Source: Negaprion brevirostris (taxonomy: Eukaryota). Taken from it: DNA of 64,000 nt. This document shows positions 46,918 to 59,659 of the stretch, one piece after another. The stretch lies in contig JARDVH010000099.1 of NCBI GenBank assembly GCA_030324005.1, forward strand, positions 38,229,882 to 38,293,881, in the 5' to 3' direction. Below the pieces are notes generated by a model. The model was not told the DNA's origin. It saw only the letters and a list, made by a program, of their open reading frames with translations, and did no database searches. Both the position numbers and the translations under genes were made by a program. Every line of letters starts with the position of its first letter. Position 1 is the first letter of the stretch.

Positions 46918-48989
46918 TCCTCCATCAACCTCCTGAAGTGTAGGCAATGTATTGCATCAGTGACCAGGGAAGACAGGAGAAGGTGAAAATCGATCACTTG
47001 GTTTTCAGGTTTCAGTGGATAGACTGATACAAGTGATACAAATTTAGGACTTGAGGAACAAATATGAAAATTTGTTGATAAGAAGCAAATTGGGGATAAA
47101 ACAAATTGTGACAAGATTTTGGAAAATGCAGGTGGACATGGATATATGGAATTAGATAGTGTCTACAATGAAGAGGAATCTTTAAAAAGGTGGAAAGTGA
47201 TAAGCAAAATAGGATTCAGTGAAGTAGCTAATCTGGAGAAAATCACTCGTATACACGTAGACATCTTAAACACCTATGTATCATTTGTACTGACCATTTT
47301 GAAATGTCCGTTATGTTTCTTTGACTGTATTGAAGCACCTCAGAGTGTTACACAATGAATGTGGAAAACTTGAATATTATTGCACGTTCTGTGAGTGCTA
47401 CTTTGAAATGTTTGCGATGTTCTTTCAGATATTTTACAAATAAAGTATGTCTCTGCAAAAAGAAAATTCTGGTATACATTTGGCAAGCCAAACCATCTGC
47501 TCCTGTGCTGTAACATTCTGTGATTATAATGGCACAATGAAGAACAGTTCCTATAGGCATTACCTCAACTCACAAAATAACTTTGCCATAAAAATCCATT
47601 CAACAGTATTTTTAGAATTATTTGTTAGCTTAGATTCGTCCTGCTTTCAACAATTGTGGCCCTTTTCCTTATTACCAAATAGACCTTTCTCACCAAGGTA
47701 CCAACTTATCGAATTTTAAACATAATGACACAAAATGAATAGCCTACTTCACTATGATGCAGAAACCTTTTTCGTTAAAATGTCCTTTACTCATTACCAA
47801 AAAAAATTTTTAAAGAGATGAAATTTTCTCCGAAAAATCACGACTCTATTGCAAGTTTAAATGGGTTGGTACTAAATGGAAAAACTACAGAGAAAAGATT
47901 AAGGTATTAGTGCCACCATTATTATGGAAGTGAGCTAAGGAACAGTCACTGTGCCAATTCCAAATTCACATAGTATATGGCTTTAAAAATGTGATTGTGC
48001 ATCAGAAGGAGGAGACAGTTGGTGCAAATGAATATTCTAAACCTGCAAATTACATGATAAAATGTCACGAGAAATATCTTCCTTAAGCAATAAGCATCAG
48101 AGCCAGGTCAATGTGGAATAATATCAAACTTAACGTAAAAGTATATAAAAATATTTTGTTTCTTTTTTCATTTCTGATTATAAACATCTTTGAGAATATT
48201 TCCCTCATCTTTTATTTAAACCAGGCACACGGTGTCAGGTCAAGTTATGGTAACTGATAATTAGAACATATTAGTACTCAGAAATCAGAATTAAATTATT
48301 CCACTATAAAATACAACTCTATTAAAAACTAACAAGTTGACAATGCCAGCAGGCATGTGTTGCTCTGGCAGTGTCTGCCTTGGCACTAGTCCTACCTGCT
48401 AGAGAGCAGCTGGCACAAATCAGCTTGTGAACTTCAAATGCTTGTCAAGGTTTTCTTTATTTCCTTACAGCTCTATCAGTGGTGTTTGCCTTCAGACACA
48501 TCGCTGACAGACGGCCTGTATTACAACGTTGGAATGGTGGTTGGAGGCAAGAGCCTTCCGCGCCACCAATTGGGTAACATGTAGCATTTTGCTTGATCCT
48601 GATTTTAATATTATTTTAATAACAGTACTTCCTGCTGGCTATTAACTGAGCAGATATAGTAAGCCTGATCGAGTCTTGTGAACCGTAACCAGCAGGTGGA
48701 TAATTCTGCCATAGCTTCAGATCATTCTCCAATTGTTCGTCTCTATAGCTCAGTTCTGTTTCTCCCTCTCACTGAAGGTAGGACAATTTCATGGGGGGCA
48801 ATTTTCTCGCTGCACTTTGAGGAGCAAAGATGTAAACTTATTTATAGAGATTGGATTCATGATTTTGTTCTTGGTGGCTTACGCATGTGAGGAAATGAAT
48901 TGGGGTATTGGGATGTTTAAACTCTGGGATCTGCAGTTCCATAGAATGGCATGCCTGTCTGCCAACTTCTTATGCTTTGCCTCCAATTT

Positions 48990-49321
48990 GTTTTTTATAC
49001 ATTGTATATGGGCGCCATTAGCTGGCCAGCATTTATTACTCATCCTTAGTTGCCCAAGGGCAGTTGAGAGTGAACCACATTGTTTGGTTCTGGAGTCACA
49101 GGTAGGCCAAATTAGCTAAGCTCGGCAGATTTCCTACCCTAAACAAAATTAGTGAACCAGATGGGCTTTTATGGTCATCTGTAGATTCTTAATTCCAGAT
49201 ATGTTTCATTGAATTCACATTCCATCATCTGTCATGGTAGGATGCGAACCCAAGTCCCCAGAATATTAGTTGAGTTTCTGGATTAATATTCTAGCGATAA
49301 TACAGTAGACCATCACCTCCC
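48990..49321 (-). mobile_element. tRNA-derived SINE sharing its tail with the second CR1/L2-group LINE family
   Basis: The minus-strand head contains GGGGACTTGGGTTCGCATCC (B-box). The left end (GGCCAGCATTTATTACTCATCCTTAGTTGCCC) matches the LINE end at about 57235-57270. Confidence 0.7.
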
Positions 49322-49619
49322 AATTATCACTCCTGATTGTTTAGCAAAGTTCATCAATTGACAATGAAACATTTGCACACCAGCAGACAAAACTGTGTTT
49401 TAACCTGCCACATCTATGGAACCAACTGGAGGGGAATAGAGGCTTGTAGCTATCTTCTGTCTTTCATCCAGACTATTCAACAACAATTGTATTTATATAG
49501 CACCTTTAATGCAGTANNNNNNNNNNNNNNNNNNNNNNNNNNNNNNNNNNNNNNNNNNNNNNNNNNNNNNNNNNNNNNNNNNNNNNNNNNNNNNNNNNNN
49601 NNNNNNNNNNNNNNNNAGT

Positions 49620-51180
49620 TCTATCTGTTTCCATGGAGACGTTAGTTGTGCCTGCCACAGGACAAACCAGGAACGTAAGTCAGCAACATCTCCTGCTGGT
49701 AATATACCTCCTGATGGCAAACCTGCCTGCTGGGCCTTCTTTTCCTCAACTAGTCTGTATGTTTTTGGCTGATCCTTCCTTCTACATCCATTTGATAAGA
49801 TAAGGGTCCAGTTTTAGAGATGGTTCCTGGGACCCAACCTGACCCAAGACCAAAATTCCTCTCTTGCACTGTGTCTTCTACCATAAATGACCATGTTGAT
49901 TTAGATGAATCATGTCTTCCCTTCTGCCTGCTTTGATTGGCTTCTATCCTCTCTGGCCAATTTGGAAATATGAGGCTCAGTCTCATTCTGAGATGCTGGT
50001 TCTTTGACAACTCTGCTGGCCAGGCCCTCATTGTTGCATGTGGGGTGATCTGCTGGCCCAGAAGGAATCATGAGATTCTGGTCTCCAGCATTTCTCTGTC
50101 TGATTTTTTAGGCCAGACAGTTCGCTCAACTAGTCTGTTGGGTGTTGTGTGGTAAGGCACAGTTCTAATGTGCTTTATATGATTAAGTATGGTGAAGACC
50201 GTTCCATTGTCAGACAGTATGACTTCAGATATTCTGAGAGTGGAAAAATAGTGGCAAAATCTTTCAATGGTAGCGTGCAATGGAGGAGACTTCACCTCAA
50301 AAAGTCCATCCATTTAAAGTGCACATCAACAAAGAAACATTAAGCCCATGATTGGACTAACATAATCAATATGGACTCCTACTCATGGCCAGCCAGGCCA
50401 TTCCTTCGGATGAAGTGGGGGTTGCAACAGACAACCTTTGTTGTAATTGAACCCGTTTACATTGCTTGACTATGCTCTTGATGTCAATGCTAGGCCACCA
50501 CACAACTTCTGGCGAGCATTATCATCCATGAGATGCTAGGATGAGCACTGTGAAATTCCATTAAGTCCTCGCTTGCTTCTCAGAGTCTGATGCCATCCTG
50601 GCAATTCAATTCACTCTTGTGAATAACAAATGGTTTTATTTCTTCAGAAACTGGTTTGTTCACATAAAGTATAAGTATTTAGTGTCTCACTTTGGACAGA
50701 TGTGAACCCTGACTGTTTCAAAACCTGATCTGCTTTGCCTAGGCTGGCAATGTGTCCAAAAAATTTAATGTCATGGGGATTTCCTGTGGTACTGGAGCAG
50801 CTGCAACACAAACTTGTAAAGGTAGGCAGCTAAGTGCAGCCGCATTCGCTGTGTGTTCCAGGTCCGGACTTGAATTATTTTTTGTATGGGCTAAAGAGCT
50901 GAATGCCAGATGTGAGGTGAGTGACTGCCCTTGACATCAAGGCAGCATTTGACAGAGAATGGCATCAAGGAACCCTAGCAAAACTGGAGTTAATTTCTAC
51001 AAGGGATTTTCACAGTAATTTCATTGCAGTGGAATGTAAGGCTACTTATGACTACATCAGTTTGAGCACTTCTCCTTCCTGCACTTGGAAAGTCTTGGTC
51101 CAATTTAACTTGATTTCATTAAACCAACGGCAGCCAAAAAGGCTTGTTTCTTTGCCTGTCACTCTGGTCATTGGGAACTG
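49620..51180 (-). mobile_element. Ty3/Gypsy LTR retrotransposon pol remnant (post-protease region, integrase), interrupted by LINE and SINE scraps at about 50885-51055
   Basis: SLFGCRWFNEIKLNW, the zinc-finger-like HSAHPSISWMIMLARS, TIERFCHYFSTLRISEVILSDNGTVFT, HIRTVPYHTTPNRLVERTV and RNFGLGSGWVPGTISKTGPLSY. Confidence 0.85.
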
Positions 51181-51408
51181 ATGTGGAGATGCCGGCGTTG
51201 GACTGGGATAAACACAGTACGAAGTCTGACAATACCAGTTTTAAGTCCAACTGATTTATTTGATAGTAAACTCACAAGCTTTTGAGGTTTGCCCCTTTGT
51301 CAGGTGAATGGAGAGTTCTGACCTCAGACACAGCATATAACATAAACCTGGTGTTGTCAGACTTCTTACTATGTTTACCCCACTCCAACACCGGCATCTC
51401 CACATCAT
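51180..51408. mobile_element. Fold-back Penelope-like terminal fragment
   Basis: ATGTGGAGATGCCGGCGTTGGACTGGGATAAACACAGTACGAAGTCTGACAATACCAG is inverted at 51347-51404. A mutated hammerhead core lies on the minus strand (about 51272-51310). Confidence 0.8.
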
Positions 51409-51827
51409 GGAGATTAAAGAGACATGGAGGGACTGGCTTTCTTGCAATTTTTTTTTATAGGCAGCGGTCAATTCTCATGCCTTGTCAATGGTGGGCAGGT
51501 TTTGGTGAATCAGGAAGTGAAACACTTGCCACAGAATACCCAACCCCTAGCTTGCTCCTTAGCCCATGCCTCCACTGTTTTGTTCTGAAGTGTGCAGGTG
51601 ATTTCAGGGCACAAGCCATTAAATTATATTTTATACAACCACATGCATGCTGCTACTTAAAGGGAACAACCTGTGCATGGGCTGCACAATGTCTTTAGGG
51701 TTGCTATGTGCAGCTTACACAACTTAGGATGGTCATTAAAAACAAGGATAAGAGTTTTTAAATCAAGGATTGCTTTCTAGGAGCAAATGTCAATCAGTAA
51801 GGACAGGGGTGTTGATTAAACAAATCT

Positions 51828-51954
51828 GGGAGCAAATTTTCCCATTCCACCTGCCACGGGAACCATAGCGGGTGATGGGTGGATCATGCAAAGCTCCATG
51901 GATCTCAGGCAGGGTTTTCCGGTTTTGGGGCGAGCACAGCTAGAAATCCCACCC
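51828..51954. mobile_element. MITE, same family as 10571-10702
   Basis: Collinear similarity and the shared end GAAATCCCACCC. Confidence 0.75.
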
Positions 51955-52419
51955 TTCGTGTCGCATTTTGGGTTCCCTCAAGTTTATGAAAAAAAATGTG
52001 GTCCTTTTACAAGATGTCTTCTTCTTCTGAAACTTGCTAATGTACTAACACAATCTCCAGGCTACGCTGACTCAAAAGCAGTGAACAAACTGTGTGATTC
52101 ACACATTTTAATCCGTATTCTACTGAGCTATTCAACCACAACCTTGTAAATATGCTGTCTATAAGAACATGAGAAACAATAACAACAGGAAAGATCATTA
52201 GGAGCAACAAGCTTATCTGTTTGATAGAAAGTTGGCAAAGATAATTAGGCATTACTTAAGGAGTGACGCACATTAGTAATCACTACTACGTGACCGCAGC
52301 AGATTAATATCTAAAAAAAAACAGTCTTCCAAGAGAACCAAGGCAAGAGATTTGTGAGACACTAACATTATGCAAGAGTCACTGAACACTGGGAAGATGC
52401 CAACAGATTGGACACAGAT

Positions 52420-53220
52420 CAAATTCTGAAAGAATAGTAAAATAAACACTTGCTTTCGAGGAAGTGACTGTGTGATTATAATCTGGGCATCTCAGCTTCC
52501 TGAAGCTATTTTTGACAAAGCTCCACTTGAGAGGCTTTTAGCTGAACTCCAATTCAAGGAAAATCCTAGAAAGTAAATATCGCTCATTCATACCTGAAGA
52601 TAAGGTAAGGCCAGGAAAATATAAAGTTTTTTATCTATTAGTCACAAGTAAGGCTGCCATTTACATTGTGCAATTCCCCTCGTCGCCACACTCCGTCACT
52701 TATTCAGATCAATGCATCTAATCAGCATGTCTTTCAGACTGCGGGAGGAAACCGGAGCACCCAGAGAAAACCCATGCAGACACAGAGAGAATGTGCAAAC
52801 TCCACAGAGACTGTGACCCAAGTTGGGAATCAAACCCCACCCCTGACGCTGTGAGGCAACAGTGCTAACCACTGTGCCGCTGTGACACCCACATATAATG
52901 CAATGTGTTCAGGATTTGGTGTTTAGACCAATATTTTCTCTAATTTACATTGAGGACCTGGATTAAAAATGTAAAGTGGTCAAGTTTGCAAATGATATCA
53001 ATCTAGAAGGGAACTAGAACTGAAGAAGCAGCTCAGAAATTACAGAATGGATTTGATGAGGAAAGCATAGGTTAGAACAATGACATTAAACTTAACAAAC
53101 TATTCAAGATGCTGCCTATAAGAAAGGAAGATAAGTTATACAGAGGCACATACTCCATCAATAGAGTTGAAATAGCTGCAGATTAAGCTGAGAGAAATAC
53201 AGGTCTGAAGGAGCTGTGAT
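52420..53220 (+). mobile_element. Old CR1 RT fragment hosting a SINE
   Basis: FLKLFLTKLHLRGF (a degenerate form of DFxKAFDKVPH), then IYIEDLD..KFANDINL..LQNGFD. Confidence 0.5.
52623..52890 (-). mobile_element. HE1/V-SINE-type SINE (alternative tail)
   Basis: Reverse of the head (GTGAGGCAACAGTGCTAACCACTGTGCC), V-domain (GGGAGGAAACCGGAGCACCC) and tail (TATTAGTCACAAGTAAGGCT). Confidence 0.9.
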
Positions 53221-53224
53221 CAAT

Positions 53225-53890
53225 GGGCCCAATTTTAACATCAAGTTGCGCCTGTTTTCAGGCGTAAAAACTTGGTAAAGTCGGGCATGAGGCAAGTAGC
53301 ACGATCCGTGCCCGCCTCCGCGCTGGTTCCCCCTTTACCAAGGTCCAAAAATGGCTGCCGTTGGATGCATATAAATTGAGTTAATGGGTTGCACACCCCA
53401 ACTTACCTGCACTTTCCCCTTTACCACTGCATTCACCCATCCAGACATGGTCCACAAAGGTCCAATTCAGGCGCTCCAGCTTCTGAGGAGGTAAGTTCTG
53501 AGCTTCCNNNNNNNNNNNNNNNNNNNNNNNNNNNNNNNNNNNNNNNNNNNNNNNNNNNNNNNNNNNNNNNNNNNNNNNNNNNNNNNNNNNNNNNNNNNNN
53601 NNNNNNNNNNNNNNNNNNNNNNNNNNNNNNNTGCAGGGATAAGGGGGTCAGTAATGTTGTGGGGGTGAGGCAATGTCTGTTGAGGCCAGGGGGAGGCATT
53701 ATCCGGCCCAGGAGTGATGTGGCAGGGGAGGGTTTTTCTGTGTTTTTTACTGCGCATGCGCAGTTAGAGGTGCCGATTGGAGCTGCCGTGTTTCGGGTGC
53801 TTTAAGCCCCATCCACAGGCTTGTGCAGTGCGATTCAGAATTGCTGCTATTTTTCAGACAGAGTGGGTATGGGGGTGCCTGGTGGATGGT
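53225..53890 (+). mobile_element. Non-autonomous Harbinger-like element, same family as 14494-16131, truncated on the right
   Basis: Starts GGGCCCAATTTTAACATCAAGTTGCGCCTGTTTTCAGGCG. Bases 53700-53880 match 15850-16040. Confidence 0.85.
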
Positions 53891-53894
53891 GTTC

Positions 53895-54425
53895 TCACAT
53901 GTCATTGATGAAGACAAAGATCTCGCCAAGGCCATTCCCACACCCCCACTTCTTGCCTTCAAACAACCGCACAACCTCAAACAATCATTGCCTGCAGCAA
54001 ACTACCCGGCCTTCAGGAGAACAGTGACCACGACACCACAGGACCCTACCACAGCAATCTCTGCAAGACATGCCGGCTCATCGACACAGATGCCATTATC
54101 TCACGTGAGACCACCATCCACCAGGTACATGGTACGTACTCTTGCAACTCGGCCACTGCTGTCTACCTGATATGCTGCAGGAAAGGATGTCCCGAAACAT
54201 GGTACATTGGGGAGACCATGCAGGCGCTATGACAACAGATGAATGAACACCACTCGACAATCACCAGGCAGGAGTGTTCTCTTCCTGTTGGGGAACACTT
54301 CAGCAGTCATAGGCATTTAGCCTCTGATCTTCGGGTAAATGTTCTCCAAGGTAGCCTTCACGATATAAGACAATGCAGAATTGCTGAACAGAAACTGACA
54401 GCCAAGCTCCACACACATGAGGACA
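53895..54425 (+). mobile_element. Penelope-like element GIY-YIG endonuclease region
   Basis: HVIDEDKDLAKAIPTPPLLAFKQPHNLKQ, CKTCRLID, YSCNSATAVYLICCRKGCPETWYIGET and MNEHHSTITRQECSLPVGEHFS. Confidence 0.9.
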
Positions 54426-54604
54426 GCACAGTCAAAGCTCATCCAGACTCCTCATCTTCGGCTTTCGCCAGCAAGCTAAAAAGCTGTGGCAGAGATAGAC
54501 TGAGGCTCTTAAGTGGCAGTTAATTGACTTAAGGGCCTCAAATTAGGGCAGGAAGACTGCTTGAAGTTTGGCCTTCCCACACAGAGGAACAGATAGGAGC
54601 ATAG

Positions 54605-54900
54605 CAAGATAACACAGTGGTTAGCACTGTTGTGTCACAGCGCAAAGGTCCTGGTTTGATTCCTGGCTTGGGTCATTGTCTGTGTGGAGTTTGCACATTT
54701 TCCCCATGGCTGCATAGGTTTCCTCTGGATGTTCCAGTTTCCTCCCACAAACCAAAAGATGTGCTGGATAGGTGCACTGCCCATGCTAAGTTCTCCCTCA
54801 GTGTACCTGGACTGGCACCAGAGTGTGGCAACTAGGGGATTTTCACAGTAACTTCATTGCAGTATTGATGTAAGCCTACTTGTGACTAATAAATATACTT
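54605..54900 (+). mobile_element. HE1/V-SINE-type SINE (alternative tail)
   Basis: Head CACAGTGGTTAGCACTG, a V-domain and the tail GTAAGCCTACTTGTGACTAATAAAT. Confidence 0.9.
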
Positions 54901-56069
54901 CTAAGAAAATATGATTTGGGGTGTATTTAATCAACTCATGCCTCCCCTCTTATACTCCTTATTCTAAAGTTCAACCTGAACCCATCCAGGTGAACAAATG
55001 CTCACAGATCATTTTTGTAGCTTTTTGTAAGGTTGATAAACTTACAAATGCCAGTACCTGCTTCCCTTTTAAATTAAACTCGTATCATACTCATAAACAC
55101 CACTCCTATTATGTCTGAGGTACATTCACATTGTTAACCCTTGACTGCTGCTTCTGACAAGTTGTTGTTTCAGTTCCTGTTGTCCCTTCAGTTTAGTTGC
55201 CCCATTTTAGTTCATCCAACACCCTCATTAAAATTATTTTCTGTGCAGTGCTGCAACTCTTATCTGCTATTGTTTTCACTGTTGTCTTCTTCTGTCATTA
55301 CTGCTAACTGTTACCAATCTTTCAGCTAAACAAATGTTCCTTAAAACTATCAAGGAAGTCACTGGTATGACAATGATTGCTGCACACCGCCTCCCCAAAT
55401 CTGCTTCTTCCTACATATTATAACAATCTCATATCCTGTTTCATGAATGGTCCATGACATTATTGGAGAAGATTCTGGTTATCACATCAGGTAGATTTTG
55501 CAATGATGACAAATTTCTCTGGGTCTGGCATTTCCAAGGAATGTGAAGTCACATTCAGATGCAATGGCTCCATCTGTGGTCTGATAGCATCATTAGTTGT
55601 CTTTTGACTCGTACATTGAAAAAGTTACTTGTTTGTCTATCTCAGGTCAAGTCCCATGAAATGCTGGGAAGCAGAGTTTGGCCAATTTCTGAAAAATGTC
55701 CATTACAAATGGTCTTCTTGCTGTACTTTCTTTGGGCTAATCAGATGTTGGCTTCCTTTAAGCTGAGTGTACTGACTACAGGTATGGGTGAGAAGTGGCA
55801 AGCTGGTCACTCACTTTATTTTACATGCCTCTGTGCTTTCAGTATTCAAGTAGAGGGCTATAAAATTCAGCCCGATGGTAATATTTACTGTGATGAAGAT
55901 GCATTGCTCCCTTTCATCCTACTTGGCTTCTCTGCAACATATTGTGTCAATCACACAATAATCCTTGAACACTTTTTGTCCAACACCAGTTTTACAGGAC
56001 TGCATTTTCTTTGTTCCATTCTTGCCTATCAGACCATAGGATAAGTATTTTTCCCATTATACTTATGCC

Positions 56070-56467
56070 GATAGCACACAGCTCTACCTCTCCAAGGCCA
56101 CCATCACTCAAACCAGCCTCCCATCCATTGACTCTGTTTACACTTCCTGCTCTTCAGAAAAGCAGCCAACGTAATTAAGGACCCCATGCGCCCTGGACAT
56201 ATTACCATCCATCAGGAAAAAGACACAAAAGTCTGAGAACACATACCAATCAATTCAAAGACAGCTCCTTCCCTGTTGCTATCAGGCTTTCGAATGGACC
56301 TACCTCGCATTGAGTTGATCTTTCTCTACATCCTAGCCATGACTGCAACACTACATTCTGCACTCTCTCATTTCTTTCTCTATGAAGAGTATGCTTTGTA
56401 TAGCATGCAAGAAACAATATTTTTCACTGTATACTAATACATATGACTATAACAAATCAAATCAAAC
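56070..56467 (+). mobile_element. Rex1/Babar LINE 3' end
   Basis: Collinear with 7620-8012 (AAACCAGCCTCCCATCCATTGACTC). Ends ACAAATCAAATCAAA. Confidence 0.8.
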
Positions 56468-56539
56468 CAGGTCAAAAATCACCTATAGATTCTTCCGGTG
56501 TGTCTGTACTGTCAGACTGCTTATCTGATAGCCAGTATT

Positions 56540-57010
56540 AGATGGCCATAGCTTTCTTCAGCTAAACACTGGAAAGTCTGAAGTGATCATCTTCCACCTC
56601 GTCATGATTCCAAACCAATGATTCCACCCCTGGCCCCAACCATTTTCTCAGACTGAGCCAGATTGCTCACAATCTCAGCAGACCACTCAACTCTGAACTG
56701 CATTTTCGAAAGCACGCGCTTCCCATCACAAAGACTGTCTAATTGCATTTCTGTCCCCATTCCGACTTGAAACATTCTTTACTGACACCCTGATTTGTTC
56801 CTTTGCCACCTGCAGACTTGATCACTCCACTATGCTCCTGGCCAGCATCTGATTTTTCACGTTCTGTAACATTTAGTTTATTTAAAACCCTGTTGCTTAT
56901 ACCCAATCCCACAACAAGTCCCAGTCATCCGTCACAGCCAGCTTGCTGATCTATATTGCTTCTGGTCTCCAAGTGCTTCAAATATAAAATTATCATGTTG
57001 GTGTTTTTAC
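56540..57010 (+). mobile_element. L2 LINE ORF2 C-terminal fragment
   Basis: QLNTGKSEVIIF, LSQIAHNL, ITKTV and LICSFATCRLDHSTMLLAS, a degenerate form of L2 'LIHAFVTSRLDYSN'. Confidence 0.7.
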
Positions 57011-57199
57011 TGTACTTGATGTGCTAATTGAGAAAAAAATACACTATTAGCAAATAATGAAATCCAAGCTCCATCAATTATATTTTATTTCCTACAGCAC
57101 TGTCAAAATAATACAAAAAGGGTCTCCGGTTCTAAATAACAATTATACTGCAAACAGACAATAGTAAATAGAATGTGCTTATTAAAAGAACAAATGATT

Positions 57200-58600
57200 T
57201 AGTTTATTCTTTCACGGGTTGTGGGCATTGCCAGCAAGGTCAGCATTTGTTGCCCATCCCTAATTACCTTTGTGAGGGTGTTCCTGAGTTTCCCTTCTTG
57301 AACCGCTACAGTTTATGTGGTGTAGGTACACCCACATTGCTGTGAGGAAGGGAGTTCCAGGATTTTGACCCATCGATGGTGAAGGAATGGGTGACATCAC
57401 CCCAAGTCAGGGTGGTGCGTAGTTTGGAAAGGAATTTGCAGGTGATGATGTTATGCGGCTGCCCTTGTCCTTCTAGGTGGTAGAGGTTATGGGTTTGGAA
57501 AGAGCAGTCAGAGAAGACTTGATGCTGCAATGTATCTTGTAGATGGTACACATTGCTGCCATGTGCATTGGTTGTGGAGGGAGTGAATGCTCAAGGTGAT
57601 GTACGGGAGGTGCTGTCAGGTGGGCTGTTTTGTCCTGGATGGTGTCAAGCCTCTTGAGCATTGTTTGAACCACACTCATCTCAGCAAGTGGTGAGTATTC
57701 TATCACACTTCTGATTTGTGTCTTGCAAGTGCTGGACAGGCTTGGGGTAGTCAGGAAATGAGTTACCAAAGAATTCCCAGCCACTGGACTGCTCTGGTAG
57801 TCACAGTATTTATATGGCTGGTACAATTCAGTTTTCTAGTCAATGGTAACCGCCAGGATGTTCATTGTGGGAAATTTAGCAATAGCAATGAAATTGAGTG
57901 GAAATTGAGTGGCAAGGAGTGGGAATTAGATTCTCTCCTGTTGGAGATAGTCATTGACTGGCACGAATGTTACCTCCCACTTAACAACCCAAGTCTGGTA
58001 GCTATCCAGGTCTTGCTACATATGGCCATATGCTTCAATACCTGAGGAGTTGCGAATGATATTGAACACTTATGCAACAATTAGCAAACATCTCCACCTC
58101 CAATCTTATGATGGAGGGAAAGTCATTGATGAAGCAGCTAAAAATGGTTGAGCCTGGGACACTGCCCTGAAGAACTTTGGTAACAATGTCCNNNNNNNNN
58201 NNNNNNNNNNNNNNNNNNNNNNNNNNNNNNNNNNNNNNNNNNNNNNNNNNNNNNNNNNNNNNNNNNNNNNNNNNNNNNNNNNNNNNNNNNNNNNNNNNNN
58301 NNNNNNNNNNNNNNNNNNNNATTTCAAGGATGGCCTCTCTCACCTCAAATCTGTAGTTCAGTCTTTTGTCCATATTTGGACGAAGGCTGTATTGAGGTCA
58401 GGAGCTGAGTGACCCTGATGGAACCGACACTGAGTATCGATGAGCAGTGTATTGTGCTGTTGATAGTACTGTCAAGGACACTGTCCATTACTTTGCTGAT
58501 GATCAAGGGTAGGCTACAGGTGGGAGTATGGATTGGTCTTCCTTTTTGGGGAAAGGGCATAACTGGACAATTTTCCACATTGTCACATAGCTGTCAGCAC
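57200..58600 (-). mobile_element. CR1/L2-group LINE (second family), RT to 3' end
   Basis: VLQGSVPGSTIFSCFINDFPSIIRLEVEMFAN, CKTQIRSVIEYSPLA and LDTIQDKTAHL. Confidence 0.85.
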
Positions 58601-58669
58601 TGGTGGCATTGGAAGGTGAGTGAGGGGGAGATAACATATTTGAATATTATATGTATTTCCTGAATTCCA

Positions 58670-59560
58670 GAATCTGTTGATTGATGAGTGGTGCAATTGT
58701 GATGATGAAAGGTGTCCTGAGGACACATTCACTGACCTTGACATTCTCGTAAGGTTATTAAACCTCTGGCTTTGTTGCCAGATCCTCTGTGCCAGACTCT
58801 ACGAATTTTCCTCTGGGGGAATCTCCTTCATGGCCCGCATGTTTTCCATGGAAACATGGCACCTTTCCAGCCAACTGGGGCACAGTGGTTAGTGTTGTTG
58901 CCTCACGGTGCCAGGGACCCAGGTTCAGTTCTAGCCTTGCGTGAGTGTGAAGATTGCATTCTTCTTGTGTCTGTGTGGGTTTCTCCTGGGTGCTCCGGTT
59001 TTCTCCCACACTCCAAAGATGTGCAGGTTAGGTTGATTGACCAAGCTAAGTTGCCCTTAATGGCAGGGGAAACAGCAGGGTAAATATGTGGGGCTATAGG
59101 GATAGAGTCTGGTTGGGATTGTTGTCAGTGTAGGCTCAATGGGCCGAATGGCTCGTTCTGCACTGTAGGATTCTATGATTCTATGATAAGCTCCATGAAT
59201 AAGGCCTCCAACACTACATTTGTTAACCAGAGGAACATCTCTCTCTAACGTGCCGTCCCCTTTTTCCCCTTTGCCAATCAGGGGTTACCTACTTTTGTTT
59301 GATACAGCATCCCTTTGAAAGCTGCAAGCCAGCTGAAATCTATGCTAGTTTTGCACCTTGTTAGCCTTCCTGTTCTGTGTGCAGCCAGATAACAATGCAG
59401 TTCGTGCTGGGATATGCACTAAAATGATTTAAATTAGGAGTCAGCATGAAATTTGTGTTCTGCCTGCCTCAACGGGGACAGGTGTGGACAGATCACAAAT
59501 CGCATCCCCCGCACCCAAAAATGGGTGCAAATTAATTTTAGCTGCCTGAATTTTCACAAT
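58670..59560 (-). mobile_element. Harbinger-derived fragment with a Myb/SANT-like ORF remnant, split by a SINE
   Basis: Minus-strand pieces resembling 'PRF.NVVLEALFME' (about 59190-59245) and 'RFNNLTR' (about 58745-58770). Confidence 0.45.
58877..59186 (+). mobile_element. HE1/V-SINE-type SINE with a CR1 (HER1-type) tail
   Basis: Head GGGCACAGTGGTTAGTG, a V-domain and the tail TGGGCCGAATGGCTCGTTCTGCACTGTAGGATTCTATGATTCTATGA. Confidence 0.9.
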
Positions 59561-59659
59561 CTCCTGCAAAGATAATAATAACCTATCAGAATAACTCATA
59601 TTCACATTGTGTTATGCATTGAATGAGCTTCTTTGGAAAATAACAAAAAAAACACTATG

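Noticed and set aside
55000-56044. 161-aa ORF or possible ancient LINE
   Set aside because: The peptide is not protein-like. The strand skew hints at an eroded minus-strand LINE, but no diagnostic motif could be read.
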